From Octopus sinensis (taxonomy: Eukaryota): a stretch of DNA of 64,000 nucleotides. Shown here piece by piece: positions 38,672 to 53,235 of this stretch. Location: assembly GCF_006345805.1 (NCBI RefSeq), contig NC_042997.1:46748001-46812000 (forward strand), given 5' to 3'. The translations under genes and the position numbers were made by a program. Position 1 is the stretch's first letter, and each line of letters opens with the position of its first letter. The notes under the pieces are model-generated. The model saw nothing but the letters and a program-made list of their open reading frames with translations, ran no database searches and had not been told where the DNA came from.

Positions 38672-39035
38672 TTCAAACTGAAAGAAAGATAGATGTGAAT
38701 AGGCCAGACATTATAATGAAAGACTTCAGCAAAAGAGGCTGATTCCTACCCAGCTCAGATACTAGGAAACCCCAAAATGGAAGAAATTCAAAACATACAG
38801 CTCATGGGAACAGCCCATATCCTACGTAAAATACTGACTTTGTAATCTCAAATTTTAAAACAAACTTATAATTTCCTTGTGATTTTTTAAAACATTCTCT
38901 AGAACAATACTATGTACAAAACCAAATATATGACACCCTAGGCATAACACAAATATGAACTTCTAACTTGTTGTCTCTTGAGGTCTCTGAGTGAGACTTA
39001 AAGCCAACTTGTACAAATACAAAGCTAAAGTCAAA

Positions 39036-39040
<5 letters not shown>
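38671..39040 (+). mobile_element. REL-LINE 3' end, family D3, internally deleted
   Basis: IQTERKIDVNRPDIIMKDFS joined to ADSY.AQI.GNPKMEEIQN..MGTAHILRKIL plus D3 UTR; flanked by (TAA)n. Confidence 0.88.
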
Positions 39041-39108
<68 letters not shown>

Positions 39109-39128
39109 TGATAATGATAGTGATAGTG

Positions 39129-39197
<69 letters not shown>

Positions 39198-39234
39198 GTA
39201 ATAATAATAGTAATAATAATAATAATAATAATAA

Positions 39235-40721
39235 TCACAATAGATAAAACCAATGAAATAAAAGAATTAGACCAAAGCCAAACTTACAAATACTTAGGAA
39301 TCCATGAACTAGATAAGAAACAACACACACAAATGAAAGAGAATATAAAAAAAGAATATTATAGACGAGTTAGATCAATACTAAAAACAGAGCTCAATGC
39401 TAAAAACAAGATAATAGGTATCAACACTTTAGCTGTCCCAGTTATAAGTTACAGCTACAATATCCTTAACTGGACACTAAATGAACTAACCAAAATAGAT
39501 AGGAAAACAAGAAAAATAATGACAGCATCTAGGATGCATCACCCAAAATCTGACATAGAAAGACTATATATACAACGTATACAAGGTGTTAGAGGCCTTA
39601 TACAGCTGGAAAACTACTATAAAATAACCACCATAGGACTGCAAAAATATCTACTTCAGAAGGAAGGAAAACTGATACAAATAGCGGCAAAACACGAGCA
39701 AAACAAAAAACTGTTCTCAGTATTTAAGGAAGCTGACAAATACAAACAAGAAATCATACCACCTATGAAGAAGAAGAAGAAGATGAAGAAACAAAAAAAG
39801 CTATAAAACGAATGAAATCCAAACTAAAAATAGAACAGCAACGAACCATGATAAAACGATGGCAAGAAAAGCCCCTTCATGGTAAATACTGCACTAAACT
39901 AAACGCAAAAGAAATAGACAAAGAAAAATCCCAGCAATGGTTGAGAAGCTCAGGACTGAAAGCAGAGACAGAGGGATTTTTAATTGCAGCACAAGACCAA
40001 AGCCTCCCCACCAGAAATTACCAAAAACATGTAATGAAAAGAAATATTACAAGTAACTGCAGAATATGTGGAGATGGACAAGAAACAATAAATCATATTA
40101 TCTCTAGCTGCCCAGTCCTGGCTAAGAAGGAATATATTCACAGACATGACAGAGTTGGAACCTACATACATTGGAAGCTATGCCAACATTATGGAATAAC
40201 AACAGAAAAAAGATGGCATAGGCACACACCAGAAAAGGTCACAGAAAACGAGAAAGCAACCATACTCTGGGATATGCCGATACACACAGATAGAGAAATT
40301 AAGGCCAACAGACCAGATATAGTTGTCAGAGATCATGAAGAAAAAAAATGCTTTCTAATTGATGTATCAATACCGGCAGATGACAACGTTTCTCTAAAAG
40401 AAATGGAGAAACTTTCAAAATACAAAGACCTGGAAATAGAGGTAACCAGAATGTGGAATCTAAAAACAGAAACAATTCCTATCATAGTAGGTGCATTAGG
40501 CATGATAAAAAAATATTCAGACAAATACATAACAAAAACACCAGGACTTACAAACACATATAACATACAGAAAATTGCACTACTAGGCATTGCACACATC
40601 CTACGCAGAACACTTTCCATACAATAACCATCAAGTCATCACAACAAATCACAGCACATACCTAAGGTACACAGAGCTGCGCTCGGTAGTGAAGTGAAAG
40701 CACGCTATAAAAATAAAACTA

Positions 40722-40724
<3 letters not shown>
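39235..40724 (+). mobile_element. R4/Dong-like non-LTR retrotransposon, family D1, 5'-truncated young copy in (TAA)n
   Basis: RT thumb YKYLGI..EYYRRVRSILKTELNAKNKIIGINTLAVPVISYS..HHPKSDIERLY (ORF 39105-39806), then the REL ORF, ~95-bp UTR and (TAA)n; ~98% identical by eye to 51277-52884. Confidence 0.96.
39812..40627 (+). CDS. Open C-terminal portion of retrotransposon ORF: CCHC zinc knuckle + PD-(D/E)xK restriction-like endonuclease (the Met is internal, not a native start)
   Basis: LKAETEGFLIAAQDQ; CRICGDGQETINHIISSC; RHDRV; WDMPIHTD..ANRPDIVV; LIDVSIP; EKLSKYKDL; PIIVGALG. Confidence 0.9.
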   Translation: MKSKLKIEQQRTMIKRWQEKPLHGKYCTKLNAKEIDKEKSQQWLRSSGLKAETEGFLIAAQDQSLPTRNYQKHVMKRNITSNCRICGDGQETINHIISSCPVLAKKEYIHRHDRVGTYIHWKLCQHYGITTEKRWHRHTPEKVTENEKATILWDMPIHTDREIKANRPDIVVRDHEEKKCFLIDVSIPADDNVSLKEMEKLSKYKDLEIEVTRMWNLKTETIPIIVGALGMIKKYSDKYITKTPGLTNTYNIQKIALLGIAHILRRTLSIQ

Positions 40725-40793
<69 letters not shown>

Positions 40794-40834
40794 TAATAAT
40801 AATAATATTGATAATAATATTAATAATAATGGGC

Positions 40835-41320
40835 GGAGCACACATCCTACGCAAAACACTTTCAATACAGTAACCGTAAGTGCATCACAACAAATCACAT
40901 CACATACCCAAGGCACTCAGAGCTGCGCTCGTTAGTGAAGTGAAAGCACGCTATAAAAATAAAACTACTGACTGTAAAAATGTCACGATCTTCTGGGATT
41001 TTCCAGTCAACACCGATAAAAAGATTCAGGATTTTCGACCAGACATAGTCATTAAAGACAGGTAAGAAAACACTTGTAGACTGATAGATGTAAGTGTTCC
41101 CCCCTGGTAAAAATATATCAGTAATTTGACAAATTAAGTAAGTATAAGGACCAATAATTTAAAATACAAAAGAGGGGGCATCTTAAAGCGCGAACTGTTC
41201 CTGTTTTTATGGGTGCCCTATGTATGATAATATCTCAGGAGAACCATGTCTCAGAGAAATCCAAAAGATTGTGCTGACAAGTACTGCCCACATCCTTAGA
41301 GAAACCCTATCCATTTAAGC
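40835..41320 (+). mobile_element. D1 3' tip (~135 bp) fused to an older REL endonuclease fragment
   Basis: 40835-40970 repeats the D1 end (GCACACATCCTACGC...AAAATAAAACTACTG); then KNVTIFWDFPVNTDKKIQDFRPDIVIKDR*..LIDVSVP...TAHILRE. Confidence 0.85.
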
Positions 41321-41639
41321 ATCTGTGTTGAATTACATGAAGATATTTCCATACTGCCCCTGCCATTTCTACTTCCCAAGCTTTCAGTCATATTGCAGCA
41401 TCTCTTGTCCTTCATACGCACTAGGACACATACACGCACTGACATACATACACCCACACAAACTCACACACATACACACACACTCACACACACACACATG
41501 CACACACATATATAAACGTATGTTGGTAGGGCAGCTATATACACCTTTGCATTTATCCGACTAGCTCTTTGTTAGTTTGCTTATGTCTTTGTATATACTC
41601 TGTGGTACTTTCGTTCCACTAAACATTTCAGTACATCTA

Positions 41640-41960
41640 ATGGCTTTCATATTTTGCACGTTCATAATGCAAATACAAACAGCCAAGTTCTTCCATATTT
41701 TTTATTCGTACATATCTTAGTAGCATGCTAACGCCATACAGCAGGTCAGGATCACCTTTTAACGTCTTTACACATTGCTTTGCTGCTCTGGTAATACATT
41801 CGCCTCCTCAAGAAAACTATACAATTCATTTGCTTTGAGGTGATTTCATAATTTCTCAAGTAATGCTATGTAAGCGACTCTCCCTGTTTTAGCTTTGTTC
41901 GGTTTTCATAAATCCTTTTCTTTTTCCATCCATGATAATGCCCAAATTTCTTTACTGCCT
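41640..41960 (-). mobile_element. Old REL-LINE RT N-terminal fragment on the minus strand
   Basis: Minus strand ANELYSFLEEANVLPEQQ..C.KT.KG..DLLY resembles the Y.HLE..LLPEEQKG..GTKDQL motif of R4/Dong-type RT domain 2. Confidence 0.55.
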
Positions 41961-42330
41961 GACAGAAATGTATAAACCTGTGCATGTTTGTGAGATTCGA
42001 AAGCCAGAACAACGGGAGTAGTGCGACTTGTGTTCTTTCAAGCCATAGATTGCAGTGCTCGTGTTACCCTTTGGCTAGAAATAGCGAAGGAGTCACGGAA
42101 GTACGAGAGAATTCAAGGAGAGAAAGGATAACGATAGGACAAATAGATGAAGAGAGAAGGAATTGCATGGCTAACTCATGCAACAGTTCGCGGATGCGGG
42201 AAGTAAAGAACGCTTCTTGAACCTAACAGATGGAAACTTGAAACATGAAACTGAATCGCTAATTATAGATGCTCAGAGATAAACGATAAAAACAATCTTG
42301 ATAAAGTCGAAGATAGATAAAGAGAAACAA
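41960..42330 (+). mobile_element. Old REL-LINE fragment (post-RT region)
   Basis: DGNLKHETESLIIDAQ..TIKT..IKSKID (~42230-42320) matches the LK.ETE.LI.AAQ motif. Confidence 0.6.
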
Positions 42331-44214
42331 GAAAGACTAAGTAAGATAATTGGTTTACTAATTCCAAGAATAGAGAACATAGTATTGTTATTCATACTAT
42401 TGGTGATAATAGTAATAAAATATATATTTCAAAGGTATAAAATATCTAACCTATGTTTTATTTAAACACTATCCACAATCTATAGTGAATGGGCACCAAT
42501 CTAACATTCGAACAGTTCTAATACATAATCAACAACTTACCAATTTCCAACAGATGTCTAAAGGAATTCATAAAAATGACAGTACTTTATTTAAAAATCC
42601 CGCACTGGAATACAAATTCAGATTAAGGATTCCTCTATTTAATATCTATAGAGAAATTCCTCATCTTACTGTATCAAAACTTAGTTATATAAGTTTGGTA
42701 AAATGTCTTCTGTCATGTTGTATTCTCACATAGACAGGAAATTTGAGATTAGAAATTTTTGTTCCGAGGGTTACAACCACAAACAGAATACTACGGAAAG
42801 GCTAATTTGAAGTGTAGAATAGAGATTTAATGTAGCGAATCAAATAAAATTACCCAGATGTCACTCGATGGAGACTTCTAATATGATAAGTATATCATGA
42901 AGAAGAAAGAAACACAACTCAAAATATTGGAATGCTTAATGAAGCAATATTCACCAAAAATAAGAGATTAAAATTAATCGTTTGAAAACAACCGTCACAA
43001 ATTTTATAGGAGAGAATAAGTAAACAACTTAAAAGTAAATAAATTACATAATAAATAAAAATCGATTGGAAACATTTCGGAGAAATATTTTATTTTCAAG
43101 CAAATTTAAGTGTAAGAAAATTAGAGCCAATGATAAGAATATATACCAACAATAGAATTTGAAAGCCCATATTCTCGAGATTCTCGAGTATTTGATTTGA
43201 AACATAAAAAAAAAATTACTTAGGGTAGAATCGAAAAAAACGTAAAATTTGTAACAATCCCTCTTAGACAGGTGAATATGCAAACCTAAAAGCTTGCAGG
43301 TGTGGAAGCAACCTGAATCGAATCTGACTTTTTAGAACCAAGTGACCTCTGCTGCAAAGAGTAACCAGTTTGTTGTGAACATTGGAAACATCTTAGCTTC
43401 GATAATATTCGAAAATTATTGTTGGTTGCTATTTGAAATATGGCCGGGTCAGACGATGTCAATGTTCAACAATGTTCAAATCCGAAATTAGTACCTTGAT
43501 TACATTTTTGAGAGAATAATAATGGATACTCTAAAGAGTAATGACAACTAGACTAATTACTGCTTAATAACTTGTCTGCTAGAAATCTATGAATTACTTT
43601 TCATCGTACTATTCCTCAATATGACTAGAATCTATAAAAGAAGAATTCAGGTCTTTTAGATCTGAGAGAAGTATGTGCCTAATAGCTATGGAGCAACTGC
43701 CCAGTGCCTTATTAAAAATATGGTACTTGATGATTACGAAGAAACGCGGAAAATGTATGCTTGGATTGCGTATAATGTCTCAAATGACTAAAACAAATTA
43801 TATGACCTCACAGATGAGCCTATTTAAAAGACCAAGGAAAAATTAGCATACGAATTTGTTTATGATCTCCCACTGTCATATCATTATGAGTGTCGATATG
43901 ACAAATATATCACAGCAATAATAGATCGGGTACATCGGGTACCAACTTTATTATATGATAGCCGAATGTGAGGTATTTACATGCGAAGAGGAAATAATTA
44001 CTCTGCCTCTCCGAGGATAAACTAAACTGACAAGCTGCAAATAGTCCCCGGTATTTCCAGACTGTTATAGAAACTATCATTGAACTGAAAAATGCAATAC
44101 GAAAAGACTGCAACGACGCAGACTTGCATGTCAGTAAGATGCTCTTGAGCCTATAGAATTAAAATAATAGAGAAGCCGGATACTTCGGCTTACAATGAAG
44201 AGTTGAGGATGGAG

Positions 44215-44606
44215 GTGGAGGCGCAATGGCGCAATGGCTCAGTGGTTAGGGCAGCGGATTCGCGGTCGTAGGATCGCGGTTTCGATTCCCAGACCGGGCA
44301 TTGTGAGTATTTATTGAGCGAAAACACCTAAAGCTTCACGAGGCTCCTGCAGGGGGTGGTGGTGAACCCTGATGTACTCTTTCACCACAACTTTCTCTCA
44401 CTCTTTCTTCCTGTTTCTGTTGTACCTGTATTTCAAAGGGCCAGCCTTGTCACACTCTGTGTCATGCTGAATCTCCTCGAGAACTACGTTAAGGGTACAC
44501 GTGTCTGTGGAGTGCTCAGCCACTTGCACGTTAATTCCACGATCAAGCTGTTCCGTTGATCGTATCAGCTGGGACCCTCATCGTCGTAACCGACGGAGTG
44601 CTCCTA
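44215..44606 (+). mobile_element. tRNA-derived SINE family B tail type 1, full length, with 11-bp TSD
   Basis: A and B boxes present; TGAGGATGGAG at 44204-44214 and 44607-44617; small head duplication GCGCAATG-GCGCAATG. Confidence 0.95.
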
Positions 44607-45727
44607 TGAGGATGGAGACACTCGAATGTAACTGATAGCAAATACAACGACCATGATGAACAGCTATAAATTAATGCCTTTACATGATCAAAACGTCCTC
44701 CATCGGGACACACCACATATAAATGTTTAACATATATAACAGATAACAAAGTTTATTTTGACCTGAGTAAACTAATAATGTGACTGGTGTGTTAGGCTTT
44801 TTGTCCTGCAGAAATGAAATTGATATTCCTGATAGACGAAGTTATTTTTCCAAATCAAATAATTATTTTCAGTTAGTTTTTAATTATCTTCGCACTAAAT
44901 ATCTTGACACTAAAATAATCATTGTTTTCATGCAGTTGGTATTTAAGAAATTTTATCGTTGTACACCAACCAGTAAACAACCTTACAGATTGTTTCGCAC
45001 TATTTCAACGAGTATATCAAGGTTATGTTCGGCTGATGAGGTGTTTATAAAACGGCAAATACGCCAGCATTGTGTCCAGTAATTGCCAAACGGATGGACG
45101 TAATATCACACACTATTTTGTCATGCCTCAAAAATATTTCAGGTAAGACTTTGAATATTTTTCTGCTTTAAATATATCAGCACTCACTTACATAATGCTT
45201 TACATGCAGATGGCAACTTTATATATGCCCGGGCACACAACTTACTCCACTCAGAAATGAAGATCGATTATAACACCTACGAAGCTTCACCTAACTTAGA
45301 AATAACATTATGAAAATACTATACAACTTGAGCATACATACAGAGTATATAATAACACAGAATTAACCTGACGTCATTTCTCATGATGCATATGAAAATA
45401 GCGAATTAATATAATCGCTATAGCAATAACAAATGACTATAAAGTTGTTCAAAAATCGACTTCGATAGTTAAGGAGTTGCACAGGTTTAGCTATTGAATC
45501 AAAAAATTATGACAGTATAGGAATATATCCATCATGACTTATGTAATAGATACTATTGGAATGGTGCACGGCCGCTCATATAAAGACATTTATAGATTAA
45601 CTATAATGATACACATAAGCATGTTCCAGAAATAACATTACTATTAAGTTCGAACATTTACATTCATGCTTTCGAAGATCTAATCACCCGCTTAATTTTA
45701 ATGGAAACTCTTGATGTATTTCTGAAA

Positions 45728-45733
45728 TCATAA

Positions 45734-45786
<53 letters not shown>

Positions 45787-45803
45787 TAATAATAATTATT
45801 ATT

Positions 45804-45841
<38 letters not shown>

Positions 45842-46008
45842 AATAATAGAAAGAAGAAGAAGAAGAAGAAGAAAGAAGAAGAAGAAAGAAGAAGAAGAAG
45901 AAGAAGAAGAAGAAGAAGAAGAAGAAGAAGAAGAAAAGAAGAAGAAGAAGAAGAAGAAGAAGAAGAAGAAGAAGAAGAGAAGAAGAAGAAGAAGAAGAAG
46001 AAGAAGAA

Positions 46009-46040
<32 letters not shown>

Positions 46041-46065
46041 AGATGAACAACAACAACAAGAACTG
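45728..46065. repeat. (TAA)n-(GAA)n microsatellite
   Basis: Direct inspection. Confidence 0.95.
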
Positions 46066-46069
46066 TACT

Positions 46070-46905
46070 CAGAGACTGCAAGAGGAGAAAAACTAAGTTA
46101 GCCATGTCATGGATCGATTATTGTAAGGTGTAAGATATGATCCCAAATTCTTGGATTAAGGAATGTATGAACCTATTTAGTATTGCATCGAATGTTGAGC
46201 GATTGCCTGGAAAAAGTATGGCGAAGTGGAGGATGAAACTGACAGCATACTGAAGAAGTTTAAGGACAGTAGAAATCAGGAGAGGCATCATCCAAAGGGA
46301 CTGCCTATCCTCACTGATCTTTGTACTGTGCAAGATACCACTAACACTGATTCTGTGTAAAGCAAAGGCTGAGTATGTATTCGAGAGCCGCCAACAAAAT
46401 GTCAACCATTTGTTATTCATGGATGACCTCAAACTTTATGGTAAAGATGAATCCAAAGTCAGTTTCCTCGTTGATACTGTGGATACTTTCATTGCTGATA
46501 TCAAAATGGAGTCCGAAGTGAAAAAGTGTGGTGTTTTAAGTCTTGAAGATAGGCAAAATCAAATGTAAGGACGGGCTATCGATACCGCCGGGGGAGGTTA
46601 TGAAGCAAATAGAAGAGGTGGGCTATAAGTAATTGGGGATATTGGAAATGGATAAATTGATGGAGAAAGAAATTACAGAAAATGGAGTACTTGGGCAGAC
46701 TGAGACGGATGCTTTAGCCGAAATTAAACGGACGGAATAGGATTGAAGCTACCAACACCTGGTCGGTTTCACTTCTTAGAAATGGAGCAGGGGTAATCGC
46801 ATGGACAGTAGACGAACTAAACAGCTTAGGGAGAAAGACAAGGAAGTTGCCGACTAGATAGGGGATACTCCACCCAAACAGTGACACAGACAGACTCTCT
46901 ATCAT
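46070..46905 (+). mobile_element. REL-LINE RT core fragment, degenerate
   Basis: KLAMSWIDYCKV*DMIPNSWI..IRRGIIQRDCLSSLIFVLC.IPL..NHLLFMDDLKLYGK..KKCG..YK*LGILE..LHPNSDTDRL. Confidence 0.88.
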
Positions 46906-47299
46906 AGAAAGCCTAATTTGTGGAGATCACAAAATTTCAGATGCATTGTTGAAAATGCGAGCATCAATCAGTGTAACTATCCGTTAAACTTGCAAGTACT
47001 TTATCTAGGCACTATCGGCATGACCATTTTTCTCTGCTATTTCAACGATGTCTACAATTGTATAAAAAATACGGCCATTGTCTTTCAGACTTGAAAAAAA
47101 TCTTCGTGGGTTTGTGAGGATTTTTCATCATCATTTTCTATCGGATCACCCCACATAATACCAAAGTGCGATAAGACAACTGGTTCTTATTAAAATTAAA
47201 TTCCAAGACATCTCTGTCCTGTCGAGGCATATATAGACATTTAGTCTAAACACAACGCCTTCACTGCTATTTACGTTCATAACCACCTATTCAATCTTT

Positions 47300-48540
47300 A
47301 GCGTCATCCGTATCATCTTGAGATTCGAGCCTTTCTGGAACACTGATCTTCTCTTTCCCGATCCAAGTCCACTACAAAATGCTTTTACTTCTTAGTTATC
47401 GAAGTTGAACTCGAATATATGCTTGGCGTAAATCGTCGTCTAACTAATGACAGCAACATCGATATCTAGTGACCCAAGATCGTTGTTCAAGTATTCTTCC
47501 TTCAAAACTGAACTCAAATCAGTTATATTTTTTCATCTTATCTTTTGCATTCGTCGGAAGATAATATTGGGTAAAGTTACCTACATTAGACTTTGGGGTA
47601 TACTTCCTGATTGTGAGGATATTCTTGAAAGGTTCCTGAAGATGCTAAGTGTCTTGTTTTCAATAAATGCTTATTGAAAATGTCACTAGTGATTTTAAAT
47701 AAAAGTCTGCTTAGTGGAAAGAGTTCTGATACATGTTCTTCTCTTATGCTTGTATTTGTGATGTCCTATGAACTCCATCAAATCACTAATGTTTCCTTTT
47801 ATAGAAAAGATGTTGATGAAATTTGGCATTTCTCTTTGGCTGTTTGTGTTATTAATGCTGTAGGTGATTTTCTAATTTCCTTTTGTGTTTTCGATTTGGT
47901 TATTTTTAGATTTATATGGTTTCCTACTTGATGGCCTCATTATGCGTTTCGCTGTCTGTTGCTGCTATTGTGGTCTGATGGTTGTGTTAGCGGTGATGGT
48001 TGTGTTGATGGTGATGGTTGTGTTGGTAGTGGCATAGAAGATGGAGTTGCATAGCTGACACAAAAAATCCCTCAAAGATTTCGTCTCGATCTTGTTACAT
48101 GATGAGGCAACAGTGTTGCAGAGGCTTCAGGATTTTGATGTACGTGTACGTTTCTTAATACATGCGTGTGTATGAATGTTTCGGATTGGTGAAATTATGG
48201 AGGTGTGATTTTTATAGTCACTACTGTATCTGTGATTGCAGAAATGTCTTTACAGGACGCAGGTTTGGTCTTTGATGCTGTTGTTGCTTTTGATTTCGGA
48301 GGCGTATTCTATTGCTGTTGTTTTCTGTCATTTCATACTCCTCTCCAGGACACGTTTGCATTCTAGTTTAATAAAATACTGGGTGATACTACATGTACCA
48401 TCCATGTTATAGACTTCTGTCCTAGAGATGAAGTTTTTTATTATTCCCGGAGCTGCACCAGCGCTAAGAATATAGTTACGGTTGCAACTTTTCTGGCGAC
48501 TAGCAAATACAGCATAATTGGTAAAGGTTGTGTAGGAAGG
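47300..48540 (-). mobile_element. Possible 5' region of a decayed retroelement ORF (Penelope-like?)
   Basis: Strong strand compositional skew, an 18-bp repeat reading TQPSPS x3 on minus (~47985-48040) and an SGSIPQSLM segment reminiscent of PLE N-termini; no catalytic motif seen. Confidence 0.3.
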
Positions 48541-48904
48541 ACACTGACTAGCTAAGCTAGTATGTTTGTTTCTGCTTGATGAAACGTATTCGCCCGTCAG
48601 TGTTGTTGTTACAAACGTGCCATTACAATTGTTCCCACTACTATGTTACTCCAAAAAAGAACAGTGATTTATTCATTTCAAGTGTGATTTTCTTTCCCGA
48701 TATGATTTTCGTCATATTTCGCTTATTTCTTCTAGAGCTGCGTTCACTCTCAAAATTGCTAATAGAGATGATGTTGTCCTGTAGGCAGTTTTATCTAATA
48801 CGAACAAGAAAAACAAATATATTCAAAATTGCATTTTCCCTCAAGCAGGAGAAAAAAAACAGAAACAAATTTTTCGACTCAGTATGTAACGGGTTTGCAA
48901 GATA

Positions 48905-49220
<316 letters not shown>

Positions 49221-49379
49221 ATGTGACCGTAAAAAGAAATCGAAGAATGTAACTCCAAAAAGTTACACGTAAATACCTCTTACTTTGGTGGTATACAATT
49301 ATAGTATACTACTACTACAACAACTACTACTACCACTACTACTACTACTGCCACACCACCATAACTACAACAAATAAAA

Positions 49380-49441
<62 letters not shown>

Positions 49442-49464
49442 TATTATTATTATTATTATAACAA

Positions 49465-50618
<1,154 letters not shown>

Positions 50619-50690
50619 TGATGATGATGATGATGATGATAATAATAATAATAACAATAATAATAATAATAATGATAATGATAATAATAC

Positions 50691-51231
50691 TGATGCAGTA
50701 CCAGGCAGTGGCTCTCATGGCTTTGATCTTAACTGATTGGAAGTGTTATCATGTACATTGTTTTGTCTTGGTATAAAAGATGGGCTACAGCAAATATTCT
50801 GCTCAATACCACAGATTTGCTTGTCAGTTGTTTGACCTTAACCAGTTGAGCATGTCCCTTAGTGGCTGACGATATGTGCATCTCTGATCACGAGCAGAAG
50901 TAGTGGGGGAGCATCATAGCCATGTGTTGAGAGGGATTCTTGGGGTTTGAATATTTCACCTCTGGAAACATAGGTGTTTCGTTCAACGTCCTTAAACAAC
51001 CCTTATTCAGAGACCTTTTGAGCGGGATGGGTTACTCAACCTGAAGAATTCTAACTGGGCCCCACCTGCAAGGTCATGTGCTGTTTATCTTGATATGAGA
51101 TCACCATGTCGCGCACATATGGTTGTGATGCATGTGCCTGGTGTACTTTATCAGACGGGTAGTCATGATGGGTTATTGGGCTTCGTAAATTTTACCCCAG
51201 TCACTTTGATGGCATGCACTGCTCTCTCACA
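50691..51231 (+). mobile_element. ~545-bp non-coding (TAA)n-embedded element, copy 3
   Basis: TGATGCAGTACCAGGCAGTGG...CTCTCTCACA; colinear with copy 1 and flanked by (TAA)n. Confidence 0.92.
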
Positions 51232-51276
51232 TAATAATAATAATGATAATAAGAATAATAATATAAAATAATAATA

Positions 51277-52884
51277 AAACAGCTGGAAACACTATTAAAG
51301 ACAGTTCTGGATTTACCAAAGAAATAGATATGAAATTTGGATTAGAAAAATGCGCCAAAGTAACCCTGAAAAGAGGAAAACTAGTAAGAGTAACAAATCA
51401 CACTAGATAAAACCAATGAAATAAAAGAATTAGACCAAAGCCAAACTTACAAATACTTAGGAATCCATGAACTAGATAAGACACAACACACACAAATGAA
51501 GAGAAAATAAAAAAAGAATATTATAGACGAGTTAGATCAATACTAAAAACAGAGCTCAATGCTAAAAACAAGATAATAGGTATCAACACTTTAGCTGTCC
51601 CAGTTATAAGTTACAGCTACAATATCCTTAAATGGACACGAAATGAACTGACCAAAATAGATAGGAAAACAAGAAAAATAATGACAGGATCTAGGATGCA
51701 TCACCCAAAATCTGACATAGAAAGACTATATAAACAACGTATAGAAGGTGGTAGAGGCCTTATACAGCTGGAAAACTATTATAAAATAACCACCATAGGA
51801 CTGCAAAAATATCTACTTCAGAAGGAAGGAAAACTGATCCAGATAGCGGCAAAACACGAGCAAAACAAAAAACTGTTCTCAGTATTTAAGGAAGCTGACA
51901 AATACAAACAAGAAATCATACCACCTATGAAGAAGAAGAAGAAGATGAAGAAACAACAAAAGCTATAAAACGAATGAAATCCAAACTAAAAATAGAACAG
52001 CAACGAACCATGATAAAACGATGGCAAGAAAAGCCCCTTCATGGTAAATACTGCACTAAACTAAACGCAAAAGAAATAGACAAAGAAAAATCCCAGCAAT
52101 GGTTGAGAAGCTCAGGACTGAAAGCAGAAACAGAGGGATTTTTAATTGCAGCACAAGACCAAAGCCTCCCCACCAGAAATTACCAAAAACATGTAATGAA
52201 AAGAAATATTACAAGTAACTGCAGAATATGTGGAGATGGACAAGAAACAATAAATCATATTATCTCTAGCTGCCCAGTCTTGGCTAAGAAGGAATATATT
52301 CACAGACATGACAGAGTTGGAACCTACATACATTGGAAGCTATGCCAACATTATGGAATAACAACAGAAAAAAGATGGTATAGGCACACACCAGAAAAGG
52401 TCACAGAAAACGAGAAAGCAACCATACTCTGGGATATGCCGATACACACAGATAGAGAAATTAAGGCCAACAGACCAGATATAGTTGTCAGAGATCATGA
52501 AGAAAAAAATGCTTTCTAATTGATGTATCAGTACCGGCTGATGACAACGTTTCTCTAAAAGAAATGGAGAAACTCTCAAAATACAAAGACCTGGAAATAG
52601 AGGTAACTAGAATGTGGAATTTGAAAACAGAAACAATTCCTATCATAGTAGGTGCATTAGGCATGATAAAAAAATATTCAGACAAATACATAACAAAAAC
52701 ACCAGGACTTACAAACACATATAACATACAGAAAATTGCACTACTAGGCATTGCACAACATCCTACGCAGAACACTTTCCATACAATAACCATCAGAGCA
52801 TCACAACAAATCACAGCACATACCCAAGGCACACAGAGCTGTGCTCGGTAGTGAAGTGAAAGCACGCTATAAAAATAACTACTG
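51277..52884 (+). mobile_element. R4/Dong-like retrotransposon family D1, second young 5'-truncated copy in (TAA)n
   Basis: Near-identical to 39235-40724 and ~130 bp longer at the 5' end (MKFGLEKCAKVTLKRGK); ORFs 51681-51968, 51974-52519 and 52564-52851 are split by 1-nt indels. Confidence 0.96.
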
Positions 52885-52888
52885 AATG

Positions 52889-52958
<70 letters not shown>

Positions 52959-52980
52959 TAATAATAATAATAATAATAAT

Positions 52981-53215
52981 AGACAGGTTTGCTTGGGAAG
53001 GTAAGCAGTTGTGGTCGATGAAAAAGGAAGCAGTAGTACCAATAATTGTCGGAGCCCTGGAAACAGAGAGCAAAATCTCGAAAAGCTCGTTGAACAAATA
53101 GTGGCTATAATAAGGGTAGAGCACTTGCAGAAAACAGTAGTGCTTGGAACCGCTCGAATACTCCGGAAGATGCTCGGAAAATAAGAGGCGTTGCCTTAGC
53201 TGACACTGTAGCACC
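52981..53215 (+). mobile_element. REL-LINE 3' end, family D2
   Basis: AWEGKQLWSMKKEAVVPIIVGAL...EHLQKTVVLGTARILRKML; homologous to 32049-32266. Confidence 0.85.
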
Positions 53216-53235
53216 TCTCTAGTGTTAATATGCAA

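Noticed and set aside
39794-39800. A_AAA_AAG slippery heptamer as a programmed -1 frameshift in D1
   Set aside because: Absent from the sister copy (CAA CAA AAG at ~51955), and the acidic -1 frame upstream suggests the lesion lies before the GAA run.
45030-45110. CTGATGAG hammerhead start
   Set aside because: No GAAA at the end of a plausible stem II.
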